Made by a program: the position numbers and the translations under genes | Shown: piece after piece, positions 35,758 to 46,686 of the stretch | Numbering within the stretch: position 1 is the stretch's first letter | Layout of the letters: every line of letters starts with the position of its first letter | Assembly: GCA_025558095.1 (NCBI GenBank) | Contig: JAIVFI010000029.1 | Location: 1 to 64,000 of the forward strand | From: Hyaloraphidium curvatum SAG 235-1 | Taxonomy: Eukaryota; Fungi; Monoblepharomycota | DNA: 64,000 nt | Direction: 5' to 3' | The notes under the pieces: model-generated | What the model was told of the DNA's origin: nothing | Databases searched by the model: none | What the model saw: only the letters and a program-made list of their open reading frames with translations

Positions 35758-37221
35758 TCACGTTGGGCAAAAGCTCTCCAACGTGACGAAAACTCCGAGG
35801 GACCGGAACACGGTCCAGAGCGCGACGCCGACGGTCAGCCCCGTGACCAGCATCGTCCTCACCGTGCCGTACGAGACGACGAACCCAAATAGCCTAGCGC
35901 GGTGGTGCGAGATCTCGAGGAAGGACGAGATGGCGCCGATGTGCAGCGCGATTTCGGAGGCCATCTCGCCAGCGCCGGTGCGGAGCTGCAGCGCGCGGAG
36001 CTCGCGCTGCGCGTCGCGGTACACGCCCGCCACGGCATCGATGAGGGCGTTGCGGGAGGCAAGGGTGATGCCGTTGATGGTGAAGTAGTAGGCGGCGTGG
36101 GCGAGGATTGCGAGCTGCCAGGCAATGAGGCATCCGCCGACCGCCTGCCAAAAAGGAGCAGTCAGTACGCGGCCTTTGGCAGGTGAGCATCGAGGAGCAC
36201 GAACCACGGAAAGCACAACAAACAAGATCATGCCCGGCACCTCCACGAGTCCAAACAGCCTCGAAAAGAGAGTGTTTTCCTGTCTGCGCCTGAAGCGGCA
36301 CATGGCCGCAAAGCGGTAGTGCAGCCGCACGTAAAGCCAGGACTTGAGCACCGGAGGAGGCTCTCCGTTGGCGGCGGCAGCGCGAAAGCGGCCCATGCTG
36401 CTCCAGTGTGGTGTACGCGATGTTTCCGTAAAGTAAGGACCGAGACGTCGAGAGAATCACAGAGATTGCAAGTACGCTCGCAACATACAAAGCACTGATA
36501 AGGGCAAGGTACGAGGTGGTCCAGAAAGCTGCACCAAGGGTCACGAGCGGTGTGTAGGTAGCAAAGACGAAAGCACAAGGCAACGCAATCAGGCAGAGTA
36601 CCACATCCAGGATCGAAAACAACCCCGCAGAGTTCTGGACCCACTTGCAGCAGCTCGAGCATGCGCAAGACTCGTCACCGGCTACGTGTGCCGAAAGAGA
36701 CCCCCCCAAGCCCTTCCCGTCGTTGTTCGCATTGCGAAAAAGACGCAGCCATCGGCTCAGAGCACCGGGAGCGCTGAACTCGAGAACCCCGGTCCGGGCA
36801 TAGTCCGTGCCATGGAACGGCCGCGTGACGATGTAGATGGCGACGTTGGAGGCAAAGAAGAAGACGACGGCAGCCATGCCGATCCCGACATCCTTGGCAG
36901 CGAACTGGCTGCCCGCGAGGGGCACAGAGAGCCCGAGCAGCGCGAGCGCCGACGCTCCCGCCACCACGAAAGCGCCGGCGTTGAACCAGCGGCCGAACCA
37001 CCCAGTCGCCGGCAAAGCGAAGCGCAGAGCGGGCCATATGGCAATTTTGCGGCCCCGCCGAGGTCGTGGAGCATGCTGTCGGCCGTCAGCGGGTCCGCGG
37101 CGCGAGCTTCGTTGTCCGGCGTGGCGGGCTCGGCGTCGTCCCCGAAGGCCGGGAGAGACGGGGCGGGCGCGGGGAACAACGCCAACCATTCTGCGGACTG
37201 GAAATCGGCGTCGGCTTCCAT
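35758..37221 (-). pseudogene. 7-TM GRL/DUF3537-like protein, disabled copy A
   Basis: Close paralog of 52022-53526. It has a 1-nt deletion near 37047 and a roughly 40-nt deletion near 36397. Confidence 0.8.
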
Positions 37222-37567
37222 TGCAAAGTGGGATTCCGGTGTTCAGTTGGAAGGGAGAGATGCCATCCCTCATCCCCCGCAACTTGACGACCCCCGGCGG
37301 TCGCGCACCCCCATCTTCTGTCGCTCGAACTAATGGAGACTTCGAGATCTAGCCCTAGGTGCTTGTCCTCGATTGGAACGAGCTCGCTGGCTTTAGATTC
37401 GACTCCGCAAGGGATCGGATCCGATCGTACCGCGGTGGTTGGGGAGGGGTGGCAACGAGAGTCAAGTGGGGGCCGCGAATTGGTCAATTGGACCGTCGTT
37501 TTCCTACAATGAACGGCCGTCGGCCGCGCAACAAACGACCCTGCAGACACACCTCGGCCGTGCCGCG

Positions 37568-38641
37568 TCACGCCGGCAGGGTGACGTCCAGCATCTCCAG
37601 GTCCGCCGACGACCCCGCGAGCCGGTACCGCTCGCCGGCAGGCAGTGCGACGCTGTCCCCCGCTCGCAGCACCTCGGGCTTCTGCCCGTCGCGCTCCAGC
37701 GTCACGGTACCATCGAGCACCACGTGGAGGCACAGCTCGCCCGCGGCGACCAGCGGGGCGGACGCAGCACCAGCGGTGGGTCGGACCACCCGCGCCCCGG
37801 CGAGCCCGTCCGTCGCGGCACCGATGCCGAGATCGCGCGCCTCGAACCCAGGAGCGCGCCAGGGTGCCCATGCCGCGCCGTCCGCCACGTGGCGGACGAA
37901 CTTTTGGCCCCCGAACAACCGATCAGGATCCCCCACGCGGTTCGGCAGTTCGAGGGAATGGTCCGCCACGGTATCGTGCAGCGCGGGGCAGCCGATCTCG
38001 ATGACCTCCAGCCCCGCCGACGCCTCCAGCACGCGGTGCCGGATCTCGGGCGGCTGCAGCACGCAGTCCCCGGCGTTCATGACGAACGGCTCCCCCTGGT
38101 CCTCGTACACCACCTTGACCCAGCCGCGGTAGCAGAATATCATCTGGAACCGGATCTTGTGGAAGTGCACGTAGTCCGGCACCGGCCCGCCGCTGGGAAT
38201 GCGAATGTGCGAGGCGATGAAGCGGCCGTTCTGCCTGCTGGGGAGGAGGTCGCGGTACTGCATGCCGGCGCGGCCGACGCCAAAGTTGTCGCCACGGCGG
38301 ACCAGCTCGAAGGTTTGATGGATGGGCGGCACCACGACCGGCCGGTGGGCTGGAACGAGCTCGATGCGGGTGCCGTTGGGCGCGGTCAGCTCGAGGGCGC
38401 CGCCGGCCACGGCCTTCGGTTCGTCGCACACGAGCCGCAGTGCCGGCGGGGGCCCGGCGGCGTCGACCGACAGCAGCAGGGAAATCCCGTGGCCCGACAC
38501 CTCGGCGGCGCGCGGGCCGTCGGCGGGCGAGATGGCGTCGACGCGGAACCCCAGCCGGTCCGTGAAGAAGGCGAGCGTGCCGTCGAGCTCGGCGCACGGC
38601 ACGACGACCTGCGCGCGGGTGGGAGGGGCGGCGGCGGTCAT
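37568..38641 (-). CDS. Intronless VOC/glyoxalase-like plus cupin protein of bacterial type
   Basis: LAFFTDRLGFRV at the N-terminus; GRAGMQYRDL, HFH...FQMIFCYRGWV and GDCVLQPPEIRH, then a second degenerate cupin. Confidence 0.85.
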   Translation of the reverse strand: MTAAAPPTRAQVVVPCAELDGTLAFFTDRLGFRVDAISPADGPRAAEVSGHGISLLLSVDAAGPPPALRLVCDEPKAVAGGALELTAPNGTRIELVPAHRPVVVPPIHQTFELVRRGDNFGVGRAGMQYRDLLPSRQNGRFIASHIRIPSGGPVPDYVHFHKIRFQMIFCYRGWVKVVYEDQGEPFVMNAGDCVLQPPEIRHRVLEASAGLEVIEIGCPALHDTVADHSLELPNRVGDPDRLFGGQKFVRHVADGAAWAPWRAPGFEARDLGIGAATDGLAGARVVRPTAGAASAPLVAAGELCLHVVLDGTVTLERDGQKPEVLRAGDSVALPAGERYRLAGSSADLEMLDVTLPA

Positions 38642-38779
38642 GGCGCGATGTCGGGCGGAGGAACGGCCGGGTGGCGCTAGGGCTTGTTTGTTGTTTACTC
38701 GCGTTGTGACAAGGCGCCTGAATCTCCGCTCCGTAGCCCTCCTTGATTTCCGAATCGTCTTCCGCGCACCTGCGGGCCG

Positions 38780-39970
38780 ATGAGGCCGACCTGGGAAGAC
38801 TTCCGGCTCGGCGACTTCGCGGAGTTTGTCGCGGGCCGGCTCGCCTCCTTCGCCCGCGCAGTCACCGCTGCGCTCGATGCGACGGCCGGCGGGCCCCAGC
38901 TCGTTACTGCGGCCACGAGGAACTCGCTCGCGAGCGCCGCGTTTGCCGCGGAGACCGCCCGGATCGCCGTCGTGGCCCTCCTCGAGCCGGACGACGACCC
39001 GCGCTGCTTCGCCGCCCTCGCGCCGTTCTTCCTGCAGAATTCGACCGGGCTCCCCGCCGACGCCGACACGTCGCCTCTGTTCGGACGGGTGTTTTTGCAG
39101 CTCTTCCCGCGGCTGTACCCCGCGCTGCGGCGCATCGTCTGCGCCTGCTCGCACCCGGCGCGGCTGGAGGCCTGGGGCGTCCGTCCGGAGTCGACGGGCG
39201 GCACCGCAACGGACGTTCTCCCCGCGGCCGATCGCACCGGCGACCACACCCGACTCTTCGGCGCCCCCATGCGCGCCGCGAGCTTCTTCCTCAAGCAGAT
39301 GGCCATCGTCGTGCCCCTCGCGCAGCGCATCGGCGACGACCCGGACCTGGTCGACGCCTGGGCTTCTTCCGCGCTCCTCCTGCCGGCGCTCGCCGCGCTC
39401 CCGGGTGACGCCGGCCACCGGGCCGAGGAGGAAGCCGCACGCGACCTCGGCCCGGCGCTCGCGGGGATCTCGGCCGTCCTCGCGTGCAACTTCCGCCCCT
39501 TCCGCACCGCTTTCGGGGTGGCACGGACCGAGGGCCCCGCCGGCATCCCGACGGTCGTCATCCGGTCGCGAGACGAGGACCTCCCGGCCGTCATCAGGCT
39601 GGCGGCGGTGGCCGGCGCCATCGCCTGCACGGTCTCGCCGACGGGGCCGTACGACGCGTTCCCGTGCGTGGAGAGGATGGCCGGGTTCACAAACAGGCTC
39701 ATGTCGCAGCTGAGGGGGACGTTCAGGGAGGAGCACGGGAAGCGGCCCAGGGAGAACTCGGCCTTCATCCGGGTCCCGGACGCCTGCGACGGGTGCGGCA
39801 GGGACGTGGAGGAAGGGGGGAAGCTGCGCAAGTGCTCGAGGTGCAAGGTGGCGCACTTCTGCTCGGTCGAATGCCAGGTCGCCGCGTGGAAGAGGAAGGA
39901 AGGGGGGCACAGGGCGGATTGCTTCGCCAACGCGCGATCGGATGCGGGGGACCAGCCTCAAGGGGATTGA
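38780..39970 (+). CDS. MYND zinc-finger protein with a different N-terminus
   Basis: CDGC...KCSRCKVAHFCSVECQVAAW...H...C. Confidence 0.85.
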   Translation: MRPTWEDFRLGDFAEFVAGRLASFARAVTAALDATAGGPQLVTAATRNSLASAAFAAETARIAVVALLEPDDDPRCFAALAPFFLQNSTGLPADADTSPLFGRVFLQLFPRLYPALRRIVCACSHPARLEAWGVRPESTGGTATDVLPAADRTGDHTRLFGAPMRAASFFLKQMAIVVPLAQRIGDDPDLVDAWASSALLLPALAALPGDAGHRAEEEAARDLGPALAGISAVLACNFRPFRTAFGVARTEGPAGIPTVVIRSRDEDLPAVIRLAAVAGAIACTVSPTGPYDAFPCVERMAGFTNRLMSQLRGTFREEHGKRPRENSAFIRVPDACDGCGRDVEEGGKLRKCSRCKVAHFCSVECQVAAWKRKEGGHRADCFANARSDAGDQPQGD

Positions 39971-40053
39971 GGATTTGGCGAGAGGCTTCGCTCCGACCGG
40001 CCGGACCGCTTAGTCACCAACATCGAACGAACAAACCCCGCTCCGCGTTTGCG

Positions 40054-41142
40054 ATGGAGGCCGCCGATGCTCCCGCTCTTCCTCCCGAAATGCTCTACAG
40101 TGTCGCCGAGTTCCTCCCACGGCGGTCGCAGCTCGAGTTTGCGCGGGCGTCCCGCGGGACTTTCGACCTCCTAGCCCCGCTGGCTTTCTCCTGCTTCGGA
40201 TACCTCTACGGCGTGCGTCCGGTGCAGCTGGATCAGTGGCAGGCAAACGGCTGGCTCCGACACCTCCGCCGCGTGAACTTCCAGATCTCGGAAGCGGACA
40301 GGGAGGAGGAAGTCGGAGCGGCGAGGCGGGTCGTTCAGCACGCCTCGAGGTTGCGCTCCGTGGAGATCTATTTCGAGGAGCCTGAATCGTGGCCAACGCT
40401 GCTCCGGGAGCTTCCAAGCACCGTTCGGACGCTCGAAGTGCAAGATCTCGCGGGCACCATCGGTGGAACCGCCGGAAACGCATTCGACTTCAGCCTCCCT
40501 TCCGTCCGCCGGTTGCGGTACTCCGGATCAACTCGCGGTCTCAACCTGCCGGTGCTGAGGAAGCTGCTCGGCCTGTGCCCGGAGCTCGAAGAGCTGGAGC
40601 TGGACATCTCGACAGGCGACCGCTTCGACGTGGCTTCGTTCTTCGGACCGGCCCTGGTCCCCAGGATCGTCGGTTGGACCCTGCACCACGACCAGCTCGC
40701 GTTCCGGAAAGCCTGCGCCGGCGCCCTCTTCCGGCCGCGCCGCATCACCAACTCCTCGCTCGACGTCGCCGCGGCCGCCCCGGAGACCCTGCTCGCCATC
40801 TCCCGCCTGCCTTCCGTGCTGGCCCTTGAACTCGACGGCATGGAATCGAGGCACATCATAGAGATTGGTCTTCCCCTGGCTCTGCGGGAGCTCGAGCTTT
40901 CGGAGCTGCGGGTCAACGCGTGCACGGTCGAGAACGGAATCGGCAGGCTGATGGAGGTGCTCGGTTCCAGACCGCATCTGCGAGCCAGCATGGACAATAT
41001 CCTGTTCCCTGAAGGTGCTTCTGCAGCAGAGAGAGCGGAGTGTGAGAAGGAAGTGGAGATCTGGCAGCAGAGAATGAGCAGACCTGCATCGGTCCATCGA
41101 TCGGGAAACTACATATCTCGTGATGTTGATGATGAGCAGTAG
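40054..41142 (+). CDS. F-box-like/LRR (RNI-like) protein, copy 1
   Basis: LPPEMLYSVAEFL N-terminus and LxxLxL repeats. Confidence 0.7.
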   Translation: MEAADAPALPPEMLYSVAEFLPRRSQLEFARASRGTFDLLAPLAFSCFGYLYGVRPVQLDQWQANGWLRHLRRVNFQISEADREEEVGAARRVVQHASRLRSVEIYFEEPESWPTLLRELPSTVRTLEVQDLAGTIGGTAGNAFDFSLPSVRRLRYSGSTRGLNLPVLRKLLGLCPELEELELDISTGDRFDVASFFGPALVPRIVGWTLHHDQLAFRKACAGALFRPRRITNSSLDVAAAAPETLLAISRLPSVLALELDGMESRHIIEIGLPLALRELELSELRVNACTVENGIGRLMEVLGSRPHLRASMDNILFPEGASAAERAECEKEVEIWQQRMSRPASVHRSGNYISRDVDDEQ

Positions 41143-41253
41143 ATTCCTTGTCGACTGCAAAGCACCGAGTAGCTTCTGAGCCGGGGTCGGCTGGAGGCTT
41201 TCGTCCGGACCGCTCAGTCACCGCACTGCAACAACGAAGTGCTCCCGGTCGAC

Positions 41254-42363
41254 ATGGAGGCCGCCGACGTCCCCGAGCCGCCGCTCCCTCCCGAAATGCT
41301 CTACCGTGTCGCCGAGTTCCTCCCACGGCGGTCGCAGCTCGAGTTCGCGCGGGCGTCGCGCGGGACTTTCGACCTCGTCGGTCCCCTCCTGTTCCGGCGG
41401 CTGCCGACCAGGTGGTTCGGCGGCATGCGAGTGGTTCAGTTTGACCACTGGGAGGAGAATGGCTGGCTCGAACACCTCCGACACGTGGAGTTGGCCGTTA
41501 CCGATGCGGAGGAGTGGAGGCTCGCCCTTCGCATCTTCAACGTTGCTCCGCTGCTGCGCTCCGCGGATGTCTACATCGAATGCGATACTGCGGTGGCCAC
41601 GGTGCTCGCGGCAATCCCTCCTTCCATTCGAGAGCTCTCTGTGACGGAGAACTACATGGATATGCCCGACATCGTCCCGGACGGGGATACGGCGGTCGCC
41701 GAACTTCCTGGTCTGCGCTGCCTGAAGTACTCCACGATCAGCATAGCGGACAACGAGCCCGACATGTTGATGATGATCGTCGATCGCAGCCCCCATCTGG
41801 AGGAGCTCCACATAGACATTGGCAGTGACGACGCCTTCGACTTTGCCGACTACCTCGGGTTGCGGATCCTGCGCAAGGTGGTGGGTTGGACTCTGCAGAA
41901 CCAACCGGCTTTCCGACTACTCTGCACCGCCGCCGCCTTTCGGCCCCGCAAGATTGACATGGATTTCGGGTACTACCGATCCGGGGACCTTGCCATCGAG
42001 CCCGAAACGATGGCGGCGATCGCGCGTCTGCCGTCTGTCCGCACGCTCAGTCTCCGCAAGCTGGACTCGCGGATGCTGGTCGACTTTGGTCTCCCGCCGG
42101 CGCTGGAGGTGCTGGAGGTCTTGGAGCTGCGGCTGAACGCCGCGACGGTCGCGAACGGAATCAACCGGATTGTGGACCTCTTCAGCACCAGGCCGGATCT
42201 ACGGGTCTTCGTGGATGATCTGATGTTCCGCGAGAACGCCTCGACGAGTGAACAAGCCGAGTGCGAGAGGGAGTCGGAGATCTGGCAGCGGAGACTGAGC
42301 AGACCGGCATCGGTCCGTCGATCGGGCAACTTCATGTCTCATGCTGTCGATGATCAGCAGTAG
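41254..42363 (+). CDS. F-box-like/LRR protein, copy 2 (tandem)
   Basis: LPPEMLYRVAEFL; its 5' and 3' ends are nearly identical to copy 1. Confidence 0.7.
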   Translation: MEAADVPEPPLPPEMLYRVAEFLPRRSQLEFARASRGTFDLVGPLLFRRLPTRWFGGMRVVQFDHWEENGWLEHLRHVELAVTDAEEWRLALRIFNVAPLLRSADVYIECDTAVATVLAAIPPSIRELSVTENYMDMPDIVPDGDTAVAELPGLRCLKYSTISIADNEPDMLMMIVDRSPHLEELHIDIGSDDAFDFADYLGLRILRKVVGWTLQNQPAFRLLCTAAAFRPRKIDMDFGYYRSGDLAIEPETMAAIARLPSVRTLSLRKLDSRMLVDFGLPPALEVLEVLELRLNAATVANGINRIVDLFSTRPDLRVFVDDLMFRENASTSEQAECERESEIWQRRLSRPASVRRSGNFMSHAVDDQQ

Positions 42364-42520
42364 ATTCTTTTTCTGTTGCCAAGGGGCGAGTAGCTTCTGG
42401 AACCGGTTCAGCGTCCTTTGCCACTCGCCACTCACGACCGTCTCCCACAGCCTCGGAGCGACTCCTTCTGACGCGTCTTTCCGGGTCGCATTCCCTTCGA
42501 AAAAGGCGGAGGCGCCCGCA

Positions 42521-44555
42521 ATGGACGACGTCCACGCCACGGCGCGCCGCGTCGCCCGCGACCTCCTCGGCGTGCTGGGCTTCAACTCGCGGACGGACCC
42601 GGACCTCGACCGGCTCGTCGACGGCGTCGAGCTGACCGGCCCGCGGACGCCCATCCTCCCGTCACCGTGGCGGATCACGGACCTCATGGCCGGCACGCAG
42701 GTCGCGCTGGCGGTCGTCGCCCAGCTGGTGTCCAAATCGCGGCTCGGCGAGACGCAGCGGGCCTCGGTCGACACCGCGCACGCCACGATGTTCATCTTCC
42801 AGGGACACGCGATGCACTGGAGCGAGGCCGGCGGGACTGGCCGGCTCATCGAGCTGCTGCGGAAGATCACTGTCGTGCCTCCCCCCGAGGGCACATACCC
42901 GCAATTCCTGAACCTGACCGGCAACTCCTACATGTGCAAGGACCGCTGGATCTACGTCTTTTCCTCCTTCTCGCCCGCCGACGCGTTCCTGAAGATCTTT
43001 GGGTTTTCCGACGCCGAGGTCGCCCAGCTGCTCGACTACTCGCACTGCGTCCCGGACTACGTGGACCCCGACTGGCCGCGGACGTGGGAGCGGCAGCGCC
43101 GTGTGATCGCCGCGATCAAGGCCAAGTGCCTGGAGTGGAACTCGTGGGACCTGCAGGCCGCGTTCCATGCCGCCAAGGTCGGCGCGGTCTGCGTGCCGCT
43201 CTCTGGGGACGAGTTCGACGCGTCGGAGCAGGGCAAGGCGCTGAGGTCCGTTCCACCGATCGACGTGCTCAAAGTAGAGGGGTGGGATCGGGCACCGCTG
43301 GGGAAGCTGGACGCCGCGGGGAGAGAGAGGGGGCTGCTCTCGGGGATCAAAGTGCTTGAGCTGACGAGGGTGCTCATGGGACCCGTCGTGGGCCTGAACC
43401 TGGCCAACTACGGGGCAACATCCATCCGGGTAGCTTCGGCGACCGTCGCTGACGCCCCGATGTGTGGGTTTAAGGTCGTCTCGCAGTGTTGATCTATGCT
43501 GACCAGCATGTTCAGACTCCTTTGCCATGAACACCAACAAGCGCTCCGTCTTCCTTGACCTCAAGGACCCGGCCGACAAGCAGCGCTTCACCGAGCTGCT
43601 CATGGACGCGGACGTGCTGATCCAGAACAACGCGTACGGAGCCGTGGAGCGGCTGGGGTTCGGGTTTCAGGACGTGCTTAACATGGTGAAGAACCGCAAG
43701 AAGGGCATCATCTACGTCGAAGGCAACAGCTACGGATTCAACGGGCCGATGGCGGGAGGTGATTTGGTGGTCGTTGGGCTGCAATCAGCCTTTAGCTCAC
43801 CGCCGTCCAGCTTTGGGCTTCGAGCAGCTCGGCCAGATGCTTTCCGGCCTCTGCAAGGTCAACGGCGAGTACCAGATCTTCGAACCGGCCCCCGATCCGT
43901 CGACCGGCCCGCCGCCGGCCGTGCTCCCGTGCGCGAACTGCGACGTCAACACGGGCACCTTCGGAGCGCTGGGCGCGGTCGCCTGCCTGGTGCGGAGGGA
44001 GCGCGAGGGCGGGAGCTACCGCGTGCGGGTCAGCTTGACCCGGACCGCGATGGTCCTGCGGGATCTGGGGCCGTACGAGGACAAGGTGATTCTGGTGCAA
44101 TGGGGGAGCTCGCGGCCTTTGACCTTCCCCCTATTCAGGCCGCCCTGGCGAAGCTTATGGCGAGCTACCCCCCGTACGAGATCTCCTACGACCCGTCCTC
44201 GCCGCACCACGGCATCAACTTCATCAACCACTTCTACCTCAAGCTCCTGCAAGCCCGCCCGGAGTTCTTCGACCCGCGGAACGGGTTCTGGCAGTCGTTC
44301 AAGGATTCCCCCTTCGGTGGGTCCCGCCGTGGTCCGGGCGCCATTTCGAGCTTTTGACGGTCCGCAGGCGGCACGGTGACCAACATCCGGGCCCCGATCA
44401 CGTTCGGCACCACCCCGGCCAAGACGAGGATCGCGCCGCGGCCGCTCGGGCACGACACCTTGGCCGGAGGGTGGGAGGAGCCCACGGAGCTCGTCAAAGA
44501 GGAAGAAGGGTTCGTGTACAGGCCGATCGTGAGGGCGGGGGCGGAGAAGCTGTGA
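42521..44555 (+). CDS. CoA-transferase family III (CaiB/BaiF), multi-exon
   Basis: LSGIKVLELTRVLMGP, NTNKRSVFLDLK, ADVLIQN, YGFNGP and the catalytic-Asp-like NCDVNTG. Confidence 0.9.
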
Positions 44556-44856
44556 CGCAGTGGGTCCAAGTGGGTGTTTCGATGGGTCCTGGGATGGGGA
44601 CGGGCGGATGCAGAATGGGCCTTCGCAGGCTGTGGGCAATAGAACCGGAAGAGGCTCGCTGAGGTTTTCCGGCACTGGTCGAGTAGCGCCGGGGTCGAGG
44701 TCCGCCGAAATGGACATTGGGGATCCGAGACCCGGTGTTGGTGCGATCGGCACCCACGCGGGATGCACCAGCCCGCTCGCTTCCGACACCACCGTTTGCT
44801 CAGGCACCATTCGCCCCGCACGTCAGTGTCACCTCTGCCCCATCACGCTCGTCACT

Positions 44857-46542
44857 ATGCTTTCGCACGCCTCCCCCGACTCACACCCCGTGCCCCTTGC
44901 CGTCGTCGGCGCCGGGCCGCACGCGCTCACCCTCGTCCTCCGCCTGCTCTGCGCCGAGCCCGCGCACACAGATGCCGCCGACGAAGGGGATTCGGCGCGC
45001 GCGGCCTACTGGCGCCAGCGTTTTCCGGGGCGGACCGAGGTCAACGCGACCGGCCTGGGAGGCATAAAGGTGTTTGATCCGTCGGGCAGGTGGATGGCCA
45101 AGTGGACCGGCATGTTCTCCGCCCTCGAGATTCCGCACCTGCGCTCCCCGGCGTTCCTAAATCCGGACCCATCGGACCCCACCGGTGCCTTGTTTCGGCG
45201 GGCAGCCGAATGCGGCCTCGACGAAACTGATCACTTCGTTCCGCCGGACGCCATCTTTGACAAGAAAGTCACCGCGACACTGCGAAAAGCGGCGGGCAAG
45301 TCGGCCAAGTCTCTGGCGCTCAACGAAGCGACCAGGGAGGGCTTTGCTCTCCCATCGTCGGCCCTTTTCGAAGGTCTCTGCGCCGGGCTCGCCGCAGGTA
45401 AGGGTCTCGACAAGGCGGTCGTGCCAGCGGCAATCACGAGAGTGGTCCCCGTTCTTGGCTGCGACGGCAAGACCATGTTCTTCGACCTCCACGCGGACGA
45501 CGGATCCATCCACCGCGCGGAAAGGGTCGTCATTGCTACGGGCCCACAAGGACGCCCGCGAATCCCGTCTTGGGTACACGAAGCCTCAGCGTTTCTCCCA
45601 TCCCCGCCAGCGGTGGATGCCGCGCTGCTCTCGGCTTTTGGTCCCCACTTGCTGCACACCTGCCAGCTCGGTGATCTCGGTGCCCCTGAAGACAGAGGTA
45701 CCGCCCGCCGCGCGGCCCACGGCCCGCTCCGCGCCCTGCTCCGGGACAAGAAGGTGCTCATTATCGGCGGCGGCCTCACTTCGGGGCACCTCCTCGTGCT
45801 GGCTGCCGAAGCCGGCTGCGAAGTCACGCTCCTCTCCCGCCGCCAGCTTGCGAAGCGTCAGTTCGACCTCGACGCTGCCTGGATGACGAGGGCCAGGACG
45901 GCGCTGCTGAACGGTTACTACTCCATGCCTCCCCCCGAAAGGGCCGCGTTCGTGGCCAGGTGCAGGGGCGGCGGCACAATCACGCCCGAAGTGTGGGTTA
46001 AGCTCTGGGAGGCGGTAGAAATGAGTTGTGGGAAGGCCAACGTGATCCAAGGCGACGAAGTGGAACGGGCCGAGTTCGTCGAAGGCAACGGCTGGAACCT
46101 GCACCTCGCCCGATCGGCCCGCGTGCTCGACGCCGACATCGTGGTGCTCGCCACCGGCTGCGCCGCCGACGTCGCCTCCGACCCGCTTTTCGCCGACCTG
46201 CTCGCCGCCTTCCCGATTCCCATGCACAACGGGCTCCCCGAGCTGGACCACGACCTGCGCTGGGCGCCCGGGGTGCATGTGCACGTGATGGGATCCAAGG
46301 CGGCGCTGCAGCTGGGGCCGGATGCGCTGAACCTTGCCGGGGCCATGGGCGGGGCGAGAAGGCTTTGGCCTGTGCTGAGGCCGGTCCTCGAGGGTATTGA
46401 CGGACCTGAAGAGCGGAAAACAATGGCCGGGGGAAAGACGAAGAGTGGAAAGTCGGAAAGCATGACGAGGCTCATGGGCGGCGACGGCAACCTGTTTGCA
46501 GCCCTTTGCGACGAGTCGGCAAGCGAAGAGGAGGAAGACTGA
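44857..46542 (+). CDS. FAD/NAD(P)-binding oxidoreductase (Lys/Orn N-hydroxylase-like superfamily)
   Basis: VVGAGPHAL, HLRSP, VVIATG, IIGGGLTS, VVLATG and LQLGPDALNLAGA; intronless. Confidence 0.82.
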   Translation: MLSHASPDSHPVPLAVVGAGPHALTLVLRLLCAEPAHTDAADEGDSARAAYWRQRFPGRTEVNATGLGGIKVFDPSGRWMAKWTGMFSALEIPHLRSPAFLNPDPSDPTGALFRRAAECGLDETDHFVPPDAIFDKKVTATLRKAAGKSAKSLALNEATREGFALPSSALFEGLCAGLAAGKGLDKAVVPAAITRVVPVLGCDGKTMFFDLHADDGSIHRAERVVIATGPQGRPRIPSWVHEASAFLPSPPAVDAALLSAFGPHLLHTCQLGDLGAPEDRGTARRAAHGPLRALLRDKKVLIIGGGLTSGHLLVLAAEAGCEVTLLSRRQLAKRQFDLDAAWMTRARTALLNGYYSMPPPERAAFVARCRGGGTITPEVWVKLWEAVEMSCGKANVIQGDEVERAEFVEGNGWNLHLARSARVLDADIVVLATGCAADVASDPLFADLLAAFPIPMHNGLPELDHDLRWAPGVHVHVMGSKAALQLGPDALNLAGAMGGARRLWPVLRPVLEGIDGPEERKTMAGGKTKSGKSESMTRLMGGDGNLFAALCDESASEEEED

Positions 46543-46686
46543 AAGAGTTGAGGCAAAGCAAGCAGAGCATCAGCAAAGAAAGAAGATCAATCCATTGTAG
46601 AGATCCAAAAGCAAAGGATTAGCCCTGTCCACGAGCGCTAGTGAGCCACCCCGTGCGACCCTCTCGGCAGGGAGCGAAACCAACCC

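Noticed and set aside
37568-39961. 797-aa ORF as one protein
   Set aside because: The N-terminal part is the antisense shadow of the MYND gene at 38780-39970. The real cupin starts at 38641.
37568-46542. Cupin plus N-hydroxylase as an N-N bond (hydrazine) pathway
   Set aside because: No MetRS-like partner is present, the genes are separated by unrelated ones, and N-hydroxylase activity is not established.
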